Positions 21,300-30,013 of a DNA stretch of 64,000 nucleotides are shown here, piece after piece. The notes beneath the pieces were generated by a model, which had not been told where the DNA came from, did no database searches, and worked only from the letters and a program-made list of their open reading frames with translations. Each line of letters begins with the position of its first letter. Positions within the stretch are counted from its first letter, which is position 1. Location of the stretch: NCBI GenBank assembly GCA_963811275.1, contig CAWEQR010000007.1, positions 157,494 through 221,493 of the forward strand, in the 5' to 3' direction. The stretch is from an uncultured Chitinophagaceae bacterium. Lineage in GTDB: Bacteria; Bacteroidota; Bacteroidia; Chitinophagales; Chitinophagaceae. The position numbers and the translations under genes were made by a program.

Positions 21300-21418
21300 A
21301 AGGTATATTTGAGAAAAAGAGTTACATTAGATGTGAAAAATAGAGATCCGGTCATCAAAGGCTGTCCCTGGTTAAAGATTCATTTCACTTCGCTGAATAT
21401 TTTCAAAAATAATTCATC

Positions 21419-21505
21419 ATGGCAACCTTTCATATCATGATTAACGGCAAACCCTGCACACGCATCCGCAAAGCCATTCACCGCGCGGCGGAGCTTATGG
21501 GTTGA
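21419..21505 (+). pseudogene. Internally deleted (2Fe-2S) small subunit of a Mo-hydroxylase
   Basis: MATFHIMINGK fused to TRIRKAIHRAAELMG*, i.e. both termini typical of IorA/CoxS-type subunits. Confidence 0.75.
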
Positions 21506-21536
21506 ACAATCTTTATCACCTTATTAATCAAAGATT

Positions 21537-23732
21537 ATGTCAGAATTATTAATCACTAAAATAGTTAAGAAAAATCGTCGCTCCGAAATCGGCCGGCGCA
21601 ATTTCCTGAAACTTTCCGGCCTCAGCGGGATGGCACTGGTGCTGGGTGTTTCAGCCAAACCGGGCAGCAAAAAATTACTTGCCGTCGGGGATGTTGCGGA
21701 ATCCTATAAACTCACACCGTATATCTTCATTGAAAAAACGGGAAGGATTATTTTGATGAATCCGAAACCGGATATGGGACAGGGAACCTTTCAATCCGTT
21801 CCTGCGCTGATTGCCGAAGAACTGGAAGTTTCCCTGGATGCAGTGACCATTTTACAAACCGGGGGAGAAGCGGAATATGGAGAGCAGGTATCCGGAGGCA
21901 GCACTTCCGTGCGCATGAATTATTTTTCCCTGCGCAAAGTGGGCGCGTCTGCAAAAGAAATGTTGCTGACGGCCGCAGCCGGTCAATGGAAGGTTCCGGT
22001 GGGGGATTGTTATGCTGACAATGCAAAAGTGTATCATAAACCATCCGGCAGGAGTATCCCTTACGGGGACCTGGTGGAAACAGCTTCCAAACTGGATGTC
22101 CCGCAGAACCCGAAATTAAAAGAAGCAAAAGATTTTAAAATCCTGGGTAAAAATTATCCCCGTCCTGATGTGCCTTTAAAAGTTTCGGGCAGGGCCGTTT
22201 ATGGTATTGACGTGGAAGTGCCGGGCATGGTGTATGCTTCCGTGGAACATAATCCCGTATTCGGCGCCAAAATGATCAGCTATGATGACAGCGATGCATT
22301 GAAGGTCCCGGGTGTGCTGAAAACCTTTAAAATCCAGCGCAGCCTGGGAAAGAACAGGTACGATGCTATCGCTGTGGTGGCTGACAATTACTGGGCGGCA
22401 CACCAGGGACGCCTGGCATTGAAAATAAAATGGGATAACCAGGGCCTGGATCATTTCAATTCGAAAGATTACGAACAAAGTCTCCGGGACCTGAAAGATA
22501 AAGAAGGTGCCGTGGTCCATACGGATGGCGACTTTGAAAAATCATACGGTGATGCCCCGGTGAAACTGGAGGCATTTTATGAAACCCCGCTTGTATCCCA
22601 TTCACCGATGGAACCGATGAATTGCATAGCGCATTGGACCGGGACAGATACCGTGGAAATATGGGCTTCTTCCCAGGGGCCTGATTTATTGAAAGACGAA
22701 TTGTCCCGCACACTAAGTATTCCGAAGGATCATATCAAAGTGAATATTCTCTTCAGTGGCGGAGGTTTCGGGAGGCGGCTTTATAATGATTTTGCCACCG
22801 AAGCGGCGAACATTTCAAAAGCCGTTGGCAAGCCTGTTAAACTAGTCTGGACAAGGGAAGATGATACACAGCTTGGGCCATTCAGGCCATTGACCTTTTC
22901 GTCGCTGAAAGCCGGACTTTCTGCAGATGGCAAGCCGGTGGCTTTCCAGCATAAAGTGATATCCCCGTCCATCGATGCCACGATGGAAGAAAAGAGAAAT
23001 CAAACCGGTGAGAGTTCTGACATGACAGAGGGCATCAGCACGCAGAAATATGAGTTGCCGAATATGAAGAACGAGTATGTTTTTTCTGAATTTCCCGTGC
23101 CACTGGCCGCCTGGCGTTCTGTGACGAGTTCGACTGTTGCCTTTGCACAGGAATGCTTTATTGACGAGATGGCGGTGAAGGCAGGGAAGGACCCGATGGC
23201 TTACCGGCTGGATATGCTTCTTACAAAAGATTCAGACACAAAAAAACTACTTACAAAACTGAAGGAAGTTTCCCATTGGGATAAGCCCCTGCCGAAGGGA
23301 TGGGGCCGTGGCGTGGCACAGTATGAATTTTTTGCCGGATTATCAGGTTACGTTGTTGAAGTCAGCCGTACAGGCGATGGTATTAAAATCGAAAAAGTGT
23401 ATGCCGTAATAGATCTGGGTACGGTGGTAAACCCGGATATGGTGGCGCTGCAGATGGAAGGCGGCGCAACGATGGCGTTAACGGCGGCAACGAAAAACGG
23501 CATCACGTTTAAAGGCGGTCAGACCGAGCAGACCAATTTTCATAATAATCCCATCGTGCGCATTCATGAAATGCCTGAAGTGGAAGTGCATATCATTGCC
23601 GATGGCGGACCTACCATAAAAGGTGTTGGTGAACCGGGCATTCCACCCTTTGCGCCGGCGCTGGCGAATGCCATCTATGCGGCAACCGGTAAAAGAATCC
23701 GCAGGATGCCTTTCGATTTGAATAAAGTGTAG
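21537..23732 (+). CDS. Xanthine dehydrogenase-family molybdopterin-binding subunit (IorB-like), Tat signal
   Basis: RRNFLK Tat motif, MGQG, GGGFGRR, GVGEPG..P.APALANAI. Confidence 0.93.
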   Translation: MSELLITKIVKKNRRSEIGRRNFLKLSGLSGMALVLGVSAKPGSKKLLAVGDVAESYKLTPYIFIEKTGRIILMNPKPDMGQGTFQSVPALIAEELEVSLDAVTILQTGGEAEYGEQVSGGSTSVRMNYFSLRKVGASAKEMLLTAAAGQWKVPVGDCYADNAKVYHKPSGRSIPYGDLVETASKLDVPQNPKLKEAKDFKILGKNYPRPDVPLKVSGRAVYGIDVEVPGMVYASVEHNPVFGAKMISYDDSDALKVPGVLKTFKIQRSLGKNRYDAIAVVADNYWAAHQGRLALKIKWDNQGLDHFNSKDYEQSLRDLKDKEGAVVHTDGDFEKSYGDAPVKLEAFYETPLVSHSPMEPMNCIAHWTGTDTVEIWASSQGPDLLKDELSRTLSIPKDHIKVNILFSGGGFGRRLYNDFATEAANISKAVGKPVKLVWTREDDTQLGPFRPLTFSSLKAGLSADGKPVAFQHKVISPSIDATMEEKRNQTGESSDMTEGISTQKYELPNMKNEYVFSEFPVPLAAWRSVTSSTVAFAQECFIDEMAVKAGKDPMAYRLDMLLTKDSDTKKLLTKLKEVSHWDKPLPKGWGRGVAQYEFFAGLSGYVVEVSRTGDGIKIEKVYAVIDLGTVVNPDMVALQMEGGATMALTAATKNGITFKGGQTEQTNFHNNPIVRIHEMPEVEVHIIADGGPTIKGVGEPGIPPFAPALANAIYAATGKRIRRMPFDLNKV

Positions 23733-23843
23733 GGGCCGGAAACATTATTTTTTACCAAAGGATCTTTTTGGGGTCGGGGTTGAAGATTCATCAAATATCT
23801 TTCTCATGCCGTTGTTATGAAGATGCGGTGCAAATAATTGTTC

Positions 23844-24698
23844 CTACAAAGTAGTTTTTAAGTTTTTAATCAGATCATTAAAATAAGCAGGAGACCAAAT
23901 GTCAAGTACGCCTGCATCCGGGATGAACCTTACGACATCTTCCCGAATACTTTTAAACGAGATCTTTTTTATTTTTTCTGATAGTAATTGAATGAGCTGA
24001 TCCCTGGTAAACCTGGTGGATTTCCAGTCGCCGCTGTCCGTCGCGCGGATGCGCAGATGTTCCAGATTCAGCGGGTTACCTTGTTTAATATACCACTCCA
24101 GGTCAAACCAGTCCCGTCCTTTAACCCGGTTCCCCCACTTCCGGAAAAGGAGGGCATGCATTTTGCCTGCGAAAAGGTCCGGCAGACTGAAGCATTTTAC
24201 GTAGAAAGAAAATGGTTTTAATAAAAGCTTTTCTTCCGTATGAAAACCACCAGGTGGTTCCGTGTCTACTTCCAGTTTAATACGGATTTCCGGCCGCAGA
24301 CCCGTTTTTTCCTGCGGAATAATATCATTCAAAACAATTTCTTTCCAGGTCGTATCCGCTTTGAGAAAGGCCGAATCAATTTTGGTTTTTGTTGTCTTCT
24401 TTTTTTCTGTAACGGCAACTGTTATACCCAGCGCGCTGAATTCACTGATCATTCCGTCGAGGTATGGCTGCAGGGAGAAATCGGCATCAGGTGAAAGAAG
24501 TGAAAAATCCAGGTCTTCTGAGAATCTGGGCAGTTTGTAAAAAATGCGTAGTGCGGTTCCACCGTAGAAAGCCGCCTGTTCAAAAAAGCCGCTGCGCTGG
24601 AGGCCTGCCAATGCAATTTCCTGCATGATTTCGCGCAAAGCCTGTTCGGCTTCCTGGTTATTTTTCGGTTTGTACTGTTCCAGCCATTCTTTAATCAT
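23844..24698 (-). CDS. AbiEii-family nucleotidyltransferase toxin (type IV TA)
   Basis: FYGGTALR...RFSEDLDF, K.HA, KGRDWFD. Confidence 0.92.
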   Translation of the reverse strand: MIKEWLEQYKPKNNQEAEQALREIMQEIALAGLQRSGFFEQAAFYGGTALRIFYKLPRFSEDLDFSLLSPDADFSLQPYLDGMISEFSALGITVAVTEKKKTTKTKIDSAFLKADTTWKEIVLNDIIPQEKTGLRPEIRIKLEVDTEPPGGFHTEEKLLLKPFSFYVKCFSLPDLFAGKMHALLFRKWGNRVKGRDWFDLEWYIKQGNPLNLEHLRIRATDSGDWKSTRFTRDQLIQLLSEKIKKISFKSIREDVVRFIPDAGVLDIWSPAYFNDLIKNLKTTL

Positions 24699-25333
24699 AG
24701 GTCTTCCAGTATGTTTACGAGCAGTTCAAGCACTTTCTTCTTGGGTGCTGCCGGCAGCCAGCTTCGGATCGTCCGGGTCTGCAAATTGCGCAGCATTTCC
24801 CGGTCCATTCTCATTTCTTCGAGTAACCAGGTCTTTAAGGGCGCTAAACTCCGGAATAATAATCCGGAGGTAGTAATCAGTTTATCGCATACAGCCTTTT
24901 CGGGCGAGGCGATCAGGGCCACCTGGTTTTCGGCCAGCATAACCTGCATTTGCCCGAAAGCATAATAGGGAAGTGGCAGATGGATATAGGTAAACCGGCC
25001 AACGGGTGTATGATATTCCTTTGACCGTTCAGTCGTTGCAGAGGCAATTTCGAATACCTGTTCAGGAATTAGCCGCCAATAGGAAAGCGCCGTTTCCAGA
25101 GAGATATAACTGGGACCGTTCAGATGATTGGCTAGAAGAAAGGGTTCAGGTTGCCGTAAATGCAGCCGGGGTCCGGTAACAAAAACGCCTCTTTTTACCG
25201 GAATAAGCGCCTGCTGCCTGACCAGTTCATGGATTTTGTCATAAGGCCTTTTGTAATCTTTTAATATCTCCAGCAGAATCTGCCTGGTTAAAGGCTGGCC
25301 ACCAAAGCGCTTTATCGTTTCTTCAAATTCCAT
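24695..25333 (-). CDS. AbiEi-like antitoxin/regulator
   Basis: PSYISLETALSYW.LIPE, ASPEKA.CD; overlaps the toxin start by 4 bp; ATG at 25333. Confidence 0.88.
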   Translation of the reverse strand: MEFEETIKRFGGQPLTRQILLEILKDYKRPYDKIHELVRQQALIPVKRGVFVTGPRLHLRQPEPFLLANHLNGPSYISLETALSYWRLIPEQVFEIASATTERSKEYHTPVGRFTYIHLPLPYYAFGQMQVMLAENQVALIASPEKAVCDKLITTSGLLFRSLAPLKTWLLEEMRMDREMLRNLQTRTIRSWLPAAPKKKVLELLVNILEDL

Positions 25334-25353
25334 ATGCAAAAATATGCATAAAA

Positions 25354-25436
25354 TATCGGAACATTTCCGATAAATTAAGCAAATATTGCCATAAAAATGT
25401 AAAATAGTACACATAATATCGGATTCATTCCGATAT
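25354..25436. promoter_or_regulatory. Two inverted-repeat operators of the abiE promoter
   Basis: TATCGGAACATTTCCGATA (25354-25372) and ATATCGGATTCATTCCGATAT (25416-25436). Confidence 0.75.
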
Positions 25437-25591
25437 CATCAGCATTATTCTCGCAAAACAGGCGGTTCACCGGGAGACAGACTGTTGGAACTCTGTATGT
25501 GGTCTTCCGGTATCAACCCGGATACTATTTTTAGTTGTTTTCATGGTTTGAATTTTTTTGGTAATTGAGAGATGGGTAAGAAAGAATCTGC

Positions 25592-25807
25592 CTATCCCGG
25601 CAACTTTTTCAGATCCGATTCCCGGTAATATATTTTTCTTCTGATCCGGGTAAAGGGAATAATGCCCCTGCTCCGCCAGGTTTGCAATGTTCTGCTACTG
25701 ATATGCAACCGGGTCAGCATATCCTGCTTGTTGAGCCAGACTTCATTTGCAGGCACAGGTCTGTTGCCGTCAGGGGGTGCCGTTAATTCGTTTTTTACTA
25801 TTGACAT
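25592..25807 (-). CDS. Excisionase-like HTH (HTH_17) protein
   Basis: WLNKQDMLTRLHISSRTLQTWRSRGIIPFTRIRRKIYYRESD. Confidence 0.85.
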   Translation of the reverse strand: MSIVKNELTAPPDGNRPVPANEVWLNKQDMLTRLHISSRTLQTWRSRGIIPFTRIRRKIYYRESDLKKLPG

Positions 25808-25993
25808 CGGGTTGTTTTAAAATCCCTCCCGCCCCGCCGGTGGAAGGAGGGTAAGGGACTTTTCCTGTTCTGATCGGTTGGTTTTCACAGGCTGATTTCA
25901 TTTTCTTATGCTGCCATGCTGATTGGCAGCACAAATATGTTTATATCCTGCGGTATGATTTCCCAGTCTGTTTGCAGACTGGGAAAGATTTAA

Positions 25994-26176
25994 GTTTCCA
26001 TCCACGATGCGGACGGAAACTTAGTTGAACAGGGGTATGCCTTTAACCTGCCGGATAATCCGTACTGGTCATACAAAGCGACCCGGGTAAATCCTGCGCC
26101 GGCGGGATCCATTATCAGGGTCATCGCGAAGGATTTACCCGGCAATACGGGAGAAATGGAAGTCAATATTCCTTAG
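25994..26176 (+). pseudogene. C-terminal remnant paralogous to the 9780-10350 protein
   Basis: VSIHDADGNLVEQG..W.Y....N...AGSIIRVIAKDLPGNTG aligns with VEIFATSGTLLEKG..W.Y....N...AGSKINAIATDVPGNTG; no start codon. Confidence 0.8.
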
Positions 26177-26403
26177 TCCGTAAGAGAAAGGGTACAATTC
26201 CACCCATCCCGGCAATGTATGAACCTTACAGATGGCCCTTATTTGGGAACGGTAATTCTCCTGATCAGGTATTTGAGTAAGTCCGGCATGCATTGTATTT
26301 CAATAGTAATAAAGGAAAAATGCCGGTTTTGTGTACCAGATGAAAGCGCCTTTGAACATCAGTTAAAACTGAACAAGACCGGTACCTGGCTTTGACATCA
26401 TCC

Positions 26404-26799
26404 TTATAATACTGGTTTTTCCGTAAACAAACCGCGGTAATAGGTTCGGTAAGCCCATCCCAAAAAGACATTGGGGACCATCAGGAAAACGCCCATCAGC
26501 CAGCCCGATGGCACCAGGATGGTGTGAAACAACAATACATTCAGGCTGATCGGGAAAAGTACAACCGCCGAGAATGGAGCATACCGGTTAAAGAGTAAGG
26601 ACAATCCGCCCAGGATCTGGATGGTTTTCATCATGGGATAGATATAACCCGTGCCTTTGAGTCCGGCGACAAGTGCTCCCGGCTTACCCGTATGCAGGGG
26701 TTGATAAGGTATGAAATGAAAAAAATAATCGAGACCGAACACCAGGTAAATAAAACCAAGCAGGCAGCGGGCAATAAATACCCGGGATTTCATCTTCAT
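26404..26799 (-). CDS. DoxX family membrane protein
   Basis: RCLLG.IYLVFGL..F.HF, PISLNVLLFH. Confidence 0.85.
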   Translation of the reverse strand: MKMKSRVFIARCLLGFIYLVFGLDYFFHFIPYQPLHTGKPGALVAGLKGTGYIYPMMKTIQILGGLSLLFNRYAPFSAVVLFPISLNVLLFHTILVPSGWLMGVFLMVPNVFLGWAYRTYYRGLFTEKPVL

Positions 26800-27415
26800 C
26801 CGTTATGGTTTTAGTCAGTCATGTTGTAAGCTCCTGTAAATGTAGGGGTATTCGTAATTTGAAATTTCCCGTTATTGCGATCTGCTCCGGTTTTCAAGGC
26901 TGATCCCGGTAGGATCAGGACATCCGGGCTACCTCATTAGGGTCAAGTCCAAGTCAAGTCCATCATTTCATGGACTTGACATGGACTTGACCCCTCTCCG
27001 GTAAGGCAGCGACAGGGCAGAAAGTATAAAGAGGGCATTTACATTTAATACCAAACCAATGGCAAGACAACGGGATTCCAAACTGGTCGGAACAATAGGT
27101 AATCTGATATTCTATAATCATTTGGGAGACTATCGCATGCGAACGAAGCCTGTTTCCGTGAAAAGATCCAGGGCGTCCGTACAAAGCGGGCTGAATTTTG
27201 GCAAAGCCAGTAAGATCTGCAGGCAGATGATGAATCTTCGCGTAAATTAATTAAAACTCGAGTTGAAAAGGAAATCTGGATATTACAGCCTTGATATTTG
27301 CCAGTGTCAGCGGGGGTAGATTATGTTCATCCGTTATGGGTCTTAGTCAGTCATGTTGTAAGCTCCTGTAAATGTAGGGGTATTCGTAATTTGAAATTTC
27401 CTGTTATTGCGATCT
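26795..27415. repeat. ~90-bp direct repeat (26795-26883 and 27326-27415)
   Basis: Near-identical copies of the DoxX start codon and upstream region. Confidence 0.9.
27059..27250 (+). pseudogene. Truncated hypothetical protein with a GTIGNLIFY N-terminal motif
   Basis: N-terminus resembles that of the 10350 protein (GTLGKELVF); ends after 63 aa. Confidence 0.55.
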
Positions 27416-27434
27416 AAACTTTAAAATATACAAA

Positions 27435-28208
27435 TCATTTTACATGTAAGTTTGCTTCGTTTTGAAAATCACCTATTTGGTACTTTTTTTCTCCTACTAC
27501 TTTAGTCTTTGTCTCATTAAACGTTGGGCAAATTAATCTGTCTTTTAATATCCTAAAACCCGGCTCCTGCCTAGTTTCAATATTTAGAATATAACTAAAT
27601 TCAACCTCGCTAAAATTTCTATTACCATCGTAAAATATTTTGGCCGCCTTAATTGATAATTTATCGCCAATTGAAAACGCCCTAATTATATTCATTATAC
27701 ATAAATTTCCACATTTTCTAGTTCCAAGGACTACAAAGTAGGAAGAGTCACGAATATTAAAATCCAAAATTTTATCAAACTTAACATCTCCATTAAAATC
27801 ACTTTCGCCTTCTTGATCTTCTGATAGCTTTTTTGGAACCAGGTGATTAATCCAAATTATATTTGAACACGCTGGAATAGCCTGGTTTACAAAAACACTC
27901 CAAGAAACAAGCATCAAATTTTTATTCAGACTTGTATTTATATTAATTTCAGTGGATTTCGCAATGTATTTCAAATCTGATGAATCTAATAGTCCAAATT
28001 TTGAACTACTTAATTCTTTTTCCAGCTCCGAATTATATTTAACTACTGAATCAGCCACACTATCCATACCATAACTGTCATAAATAGATTCAAAATGCCT
28101 TATAGTATTAAAAGTATTTTGTATTTTCTTCGCAAACGCGGATACTTCAATTCTGGATGAAAATCCGGAAACACCTAATATCAATATTACTGTTACTCCT
28201 ATTTTCAT
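27435..28208 (-). CDS. Exported hypothetical protein, possible immunity protein
   Basis: AT-rich, signal-like N-terminus, directly downstream of a truncated ORF. Confidence 0.55.
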   Translation of the reverse strand: MKIGVTVILILGVSGFSSRIEVSAFAKKIQNTFNTIRHFESIYDSYGMDSVADSVVKYNSELEKELSSSKFGLLDSSDLKYIAKSTEININTSLNKNLMLVSWSVFVNQAIPACSNIIWINHLVPKKLSEDQEGESDFNGDVKFDKILDFNIRDSSYFVVLGTRKCGNLCIMNIIRAFSIGDKLSIKAAKIFYDGNRNFSEVEFSYILNIETRQEPGFRILKDRLICPTFNETKTKVVGEKKYQIGDFQNEANLHVK

Positions 28209-28217
28209 TTTTTAAAT

Positions 28218-28485
28218 TTATCGAAATGTAGTAGCTATTTCAGTAAATAGTGGAAATTTCGGAAATTCTATTTCAATTAGATAAAATGCGATCGAATTTG
28301 AATATAAGTTAGAAGGCCTATCTACTCCGTTGTTGAAATTTTCAATTGCTTTTGGACCTTTAAGAAAATTTAATCTAAATATTCTTCTGGCGGGGGAAAC
28401 ACTTTTAATGGTGTTATGTTTAATTCCATAATACAAGTAAAAAATTCCACCATTTTTTACTGCCTTTAAAGCATAGTTTAAAGGC
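28218..28485 (-). pseudogene. 3' fragment of a gene cut by the IS (possible toxin C-terminus)
   Basis: Frame stays open from the IS boundary (PLNYALKAVKNGG...) to the stop at 28218. Confidence 0.55.
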
Positions 28486-28622
28486 TGTATGTCGTCAGAA
28501 GAAAGTGTACTTTTTGCTAGCGAGTATTTCTTTTGTTTAAGTTAATAGATATTTTTCAGTTTTTTAGGGTTAGGATTAAATATTGTTAAGTTTTTCGGTA
28601 GCGTACAAGGCTCTTCGCATCA

Positions 28623-29574
28623 TCATATTTTGGATTTTGATTTTTCTCTGCGGTGCAGGATTTGTTCCTGCCTTCCAAAATACACATCTGCCGGAGTAAC
28701 ATTATTGAGCGACTCATGATAACGCTGATTATTGTAATAATTTACAAATTTTCCGATCGCTTCCATCAGTTCATCAGGGCAGAAATAATTGTCCAGGTTA
28801 ACAATATTTTTCATACTGCGGTGGTAACGTTTGATTTTACCCTGCGTTTGGGGGTGAAGACGTTTCCGTGATGGGGATCACTCCCATTGAATGAAGGTAT
28901 TCTTTCAGTTCCACAGCAATATAACAAGAGCCATAATCAGAGAGCAGCTTGGGCCTCTGCTCATTTGGCAGACCCGCGTTGATCAGTGCTCTTTTAACCG
29001 ACCTTTTTACATCTTCTGCTGTCATGGTTTTACAAAGTTCCCAATAGATGATGTAGCGGCTGTAGTCGTCCAGTATCGTGCTCAGGTAATACCATCCCCA
29101 TCCCAGGATCTTAAAATAAGTGAAGTCCGTTTGCCAAAGCTCGTGAACAAAATTGGTTTTGTTTTTAAATTCGTTGGAAGCTGATAAAAGAATATATGCC
29201 GGAGTGGTAATTAGCCCTTTTGCTTTTAGAATGCGGTATATACTGCTTTCCGAGATAAAGATCTTCTGTTCATCGGTAATTTTTACGGACAACTCCCTGG
29301 GTGATAATTCGGTGTGTTCCAGCGCTAATTCAACAACCAGTTGTTTCTGGGGTTCGGGAATCGAGTTCCACTGCTGCCTGGTCTTTTTTTGAGGCAACAG
29401 GCCCTCCATGCCCTTTTCCACATAGATTCGGTACCACTTGTAAAAAGTGCTCTTATGGATGCCCAGTTCCTTTAGGGTTCTGTTCACGCCAAGTTCCGAG
29501 CGCTCAACGATCCGGATGATCTCTTGCTTTTCAGATGGAGAAATTCTCATATACCTTTTCCATTTTTCACTCAC
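28623..29574 (-). pseudogene. IS3 transposase OrfB (rve), frameshifted, catalytic E replaced
   Basis: WQTDFTY, LSDYGS, then QTQGKIKRYH where GKIERYH is expected; frameshift near 28860. Confidence 0.85.
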
Positions 29575-29930
29575 CCCAAAATGTTCAAGCTTTTTTTTAC
29601 AATATCATAACGGATTACCAGGTCGGCAAGCGTTTCCTTAAGACGTTGGTTTTCCTTGCGCAGGTCGGCCACTTCATCAGAGGTAGCTTCACGGGTGGTA
29701 TCTCCCGCAAGACGCTTCTTTCCCGCTTCCAGGAACTCTTTATTCCATCGGTAGAATTGCGCCTGGTGGATACCGTACTTCCGGCAGATCTCCGCTACAG
29801 GGCTTTCCCCACGTATGGCTTCCATGACAATGAGGATCTTTTGTTCAGAGGTGAACATCCGTCTGGTTTTATTGCGAATGTCCTTTACAAAGTTTTCTGC
29901 AGTTGATTTCTTTTGAGGTTTCGTTTCCAT
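29571..29930 (-). CDS. IS3 transposase OrfA
   Basis: FTSEQKILIV...VAEICRKYGI...FYRW HTH plus coiled coil. Confidence 0.9.
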   Translation of the reverse strand: METKPQKKSTAENFVKDIRNKTRRMFTSEQKILIVMEAIRGESPVAEICRKYGIHQAQFYRWNKEFLEAGKKRLAGDTTREATSDEVADLRKENQRLKETLADLVIRYDIVKKSLNILG

Positions 29931-30013
29931 GTTCTAATTTTTAATAGTTAACATTTAAAGAAACACTCGCTTAATTTACTAAATTACTGGTACACTTTAC
30001 GCTGAAAATTTAC

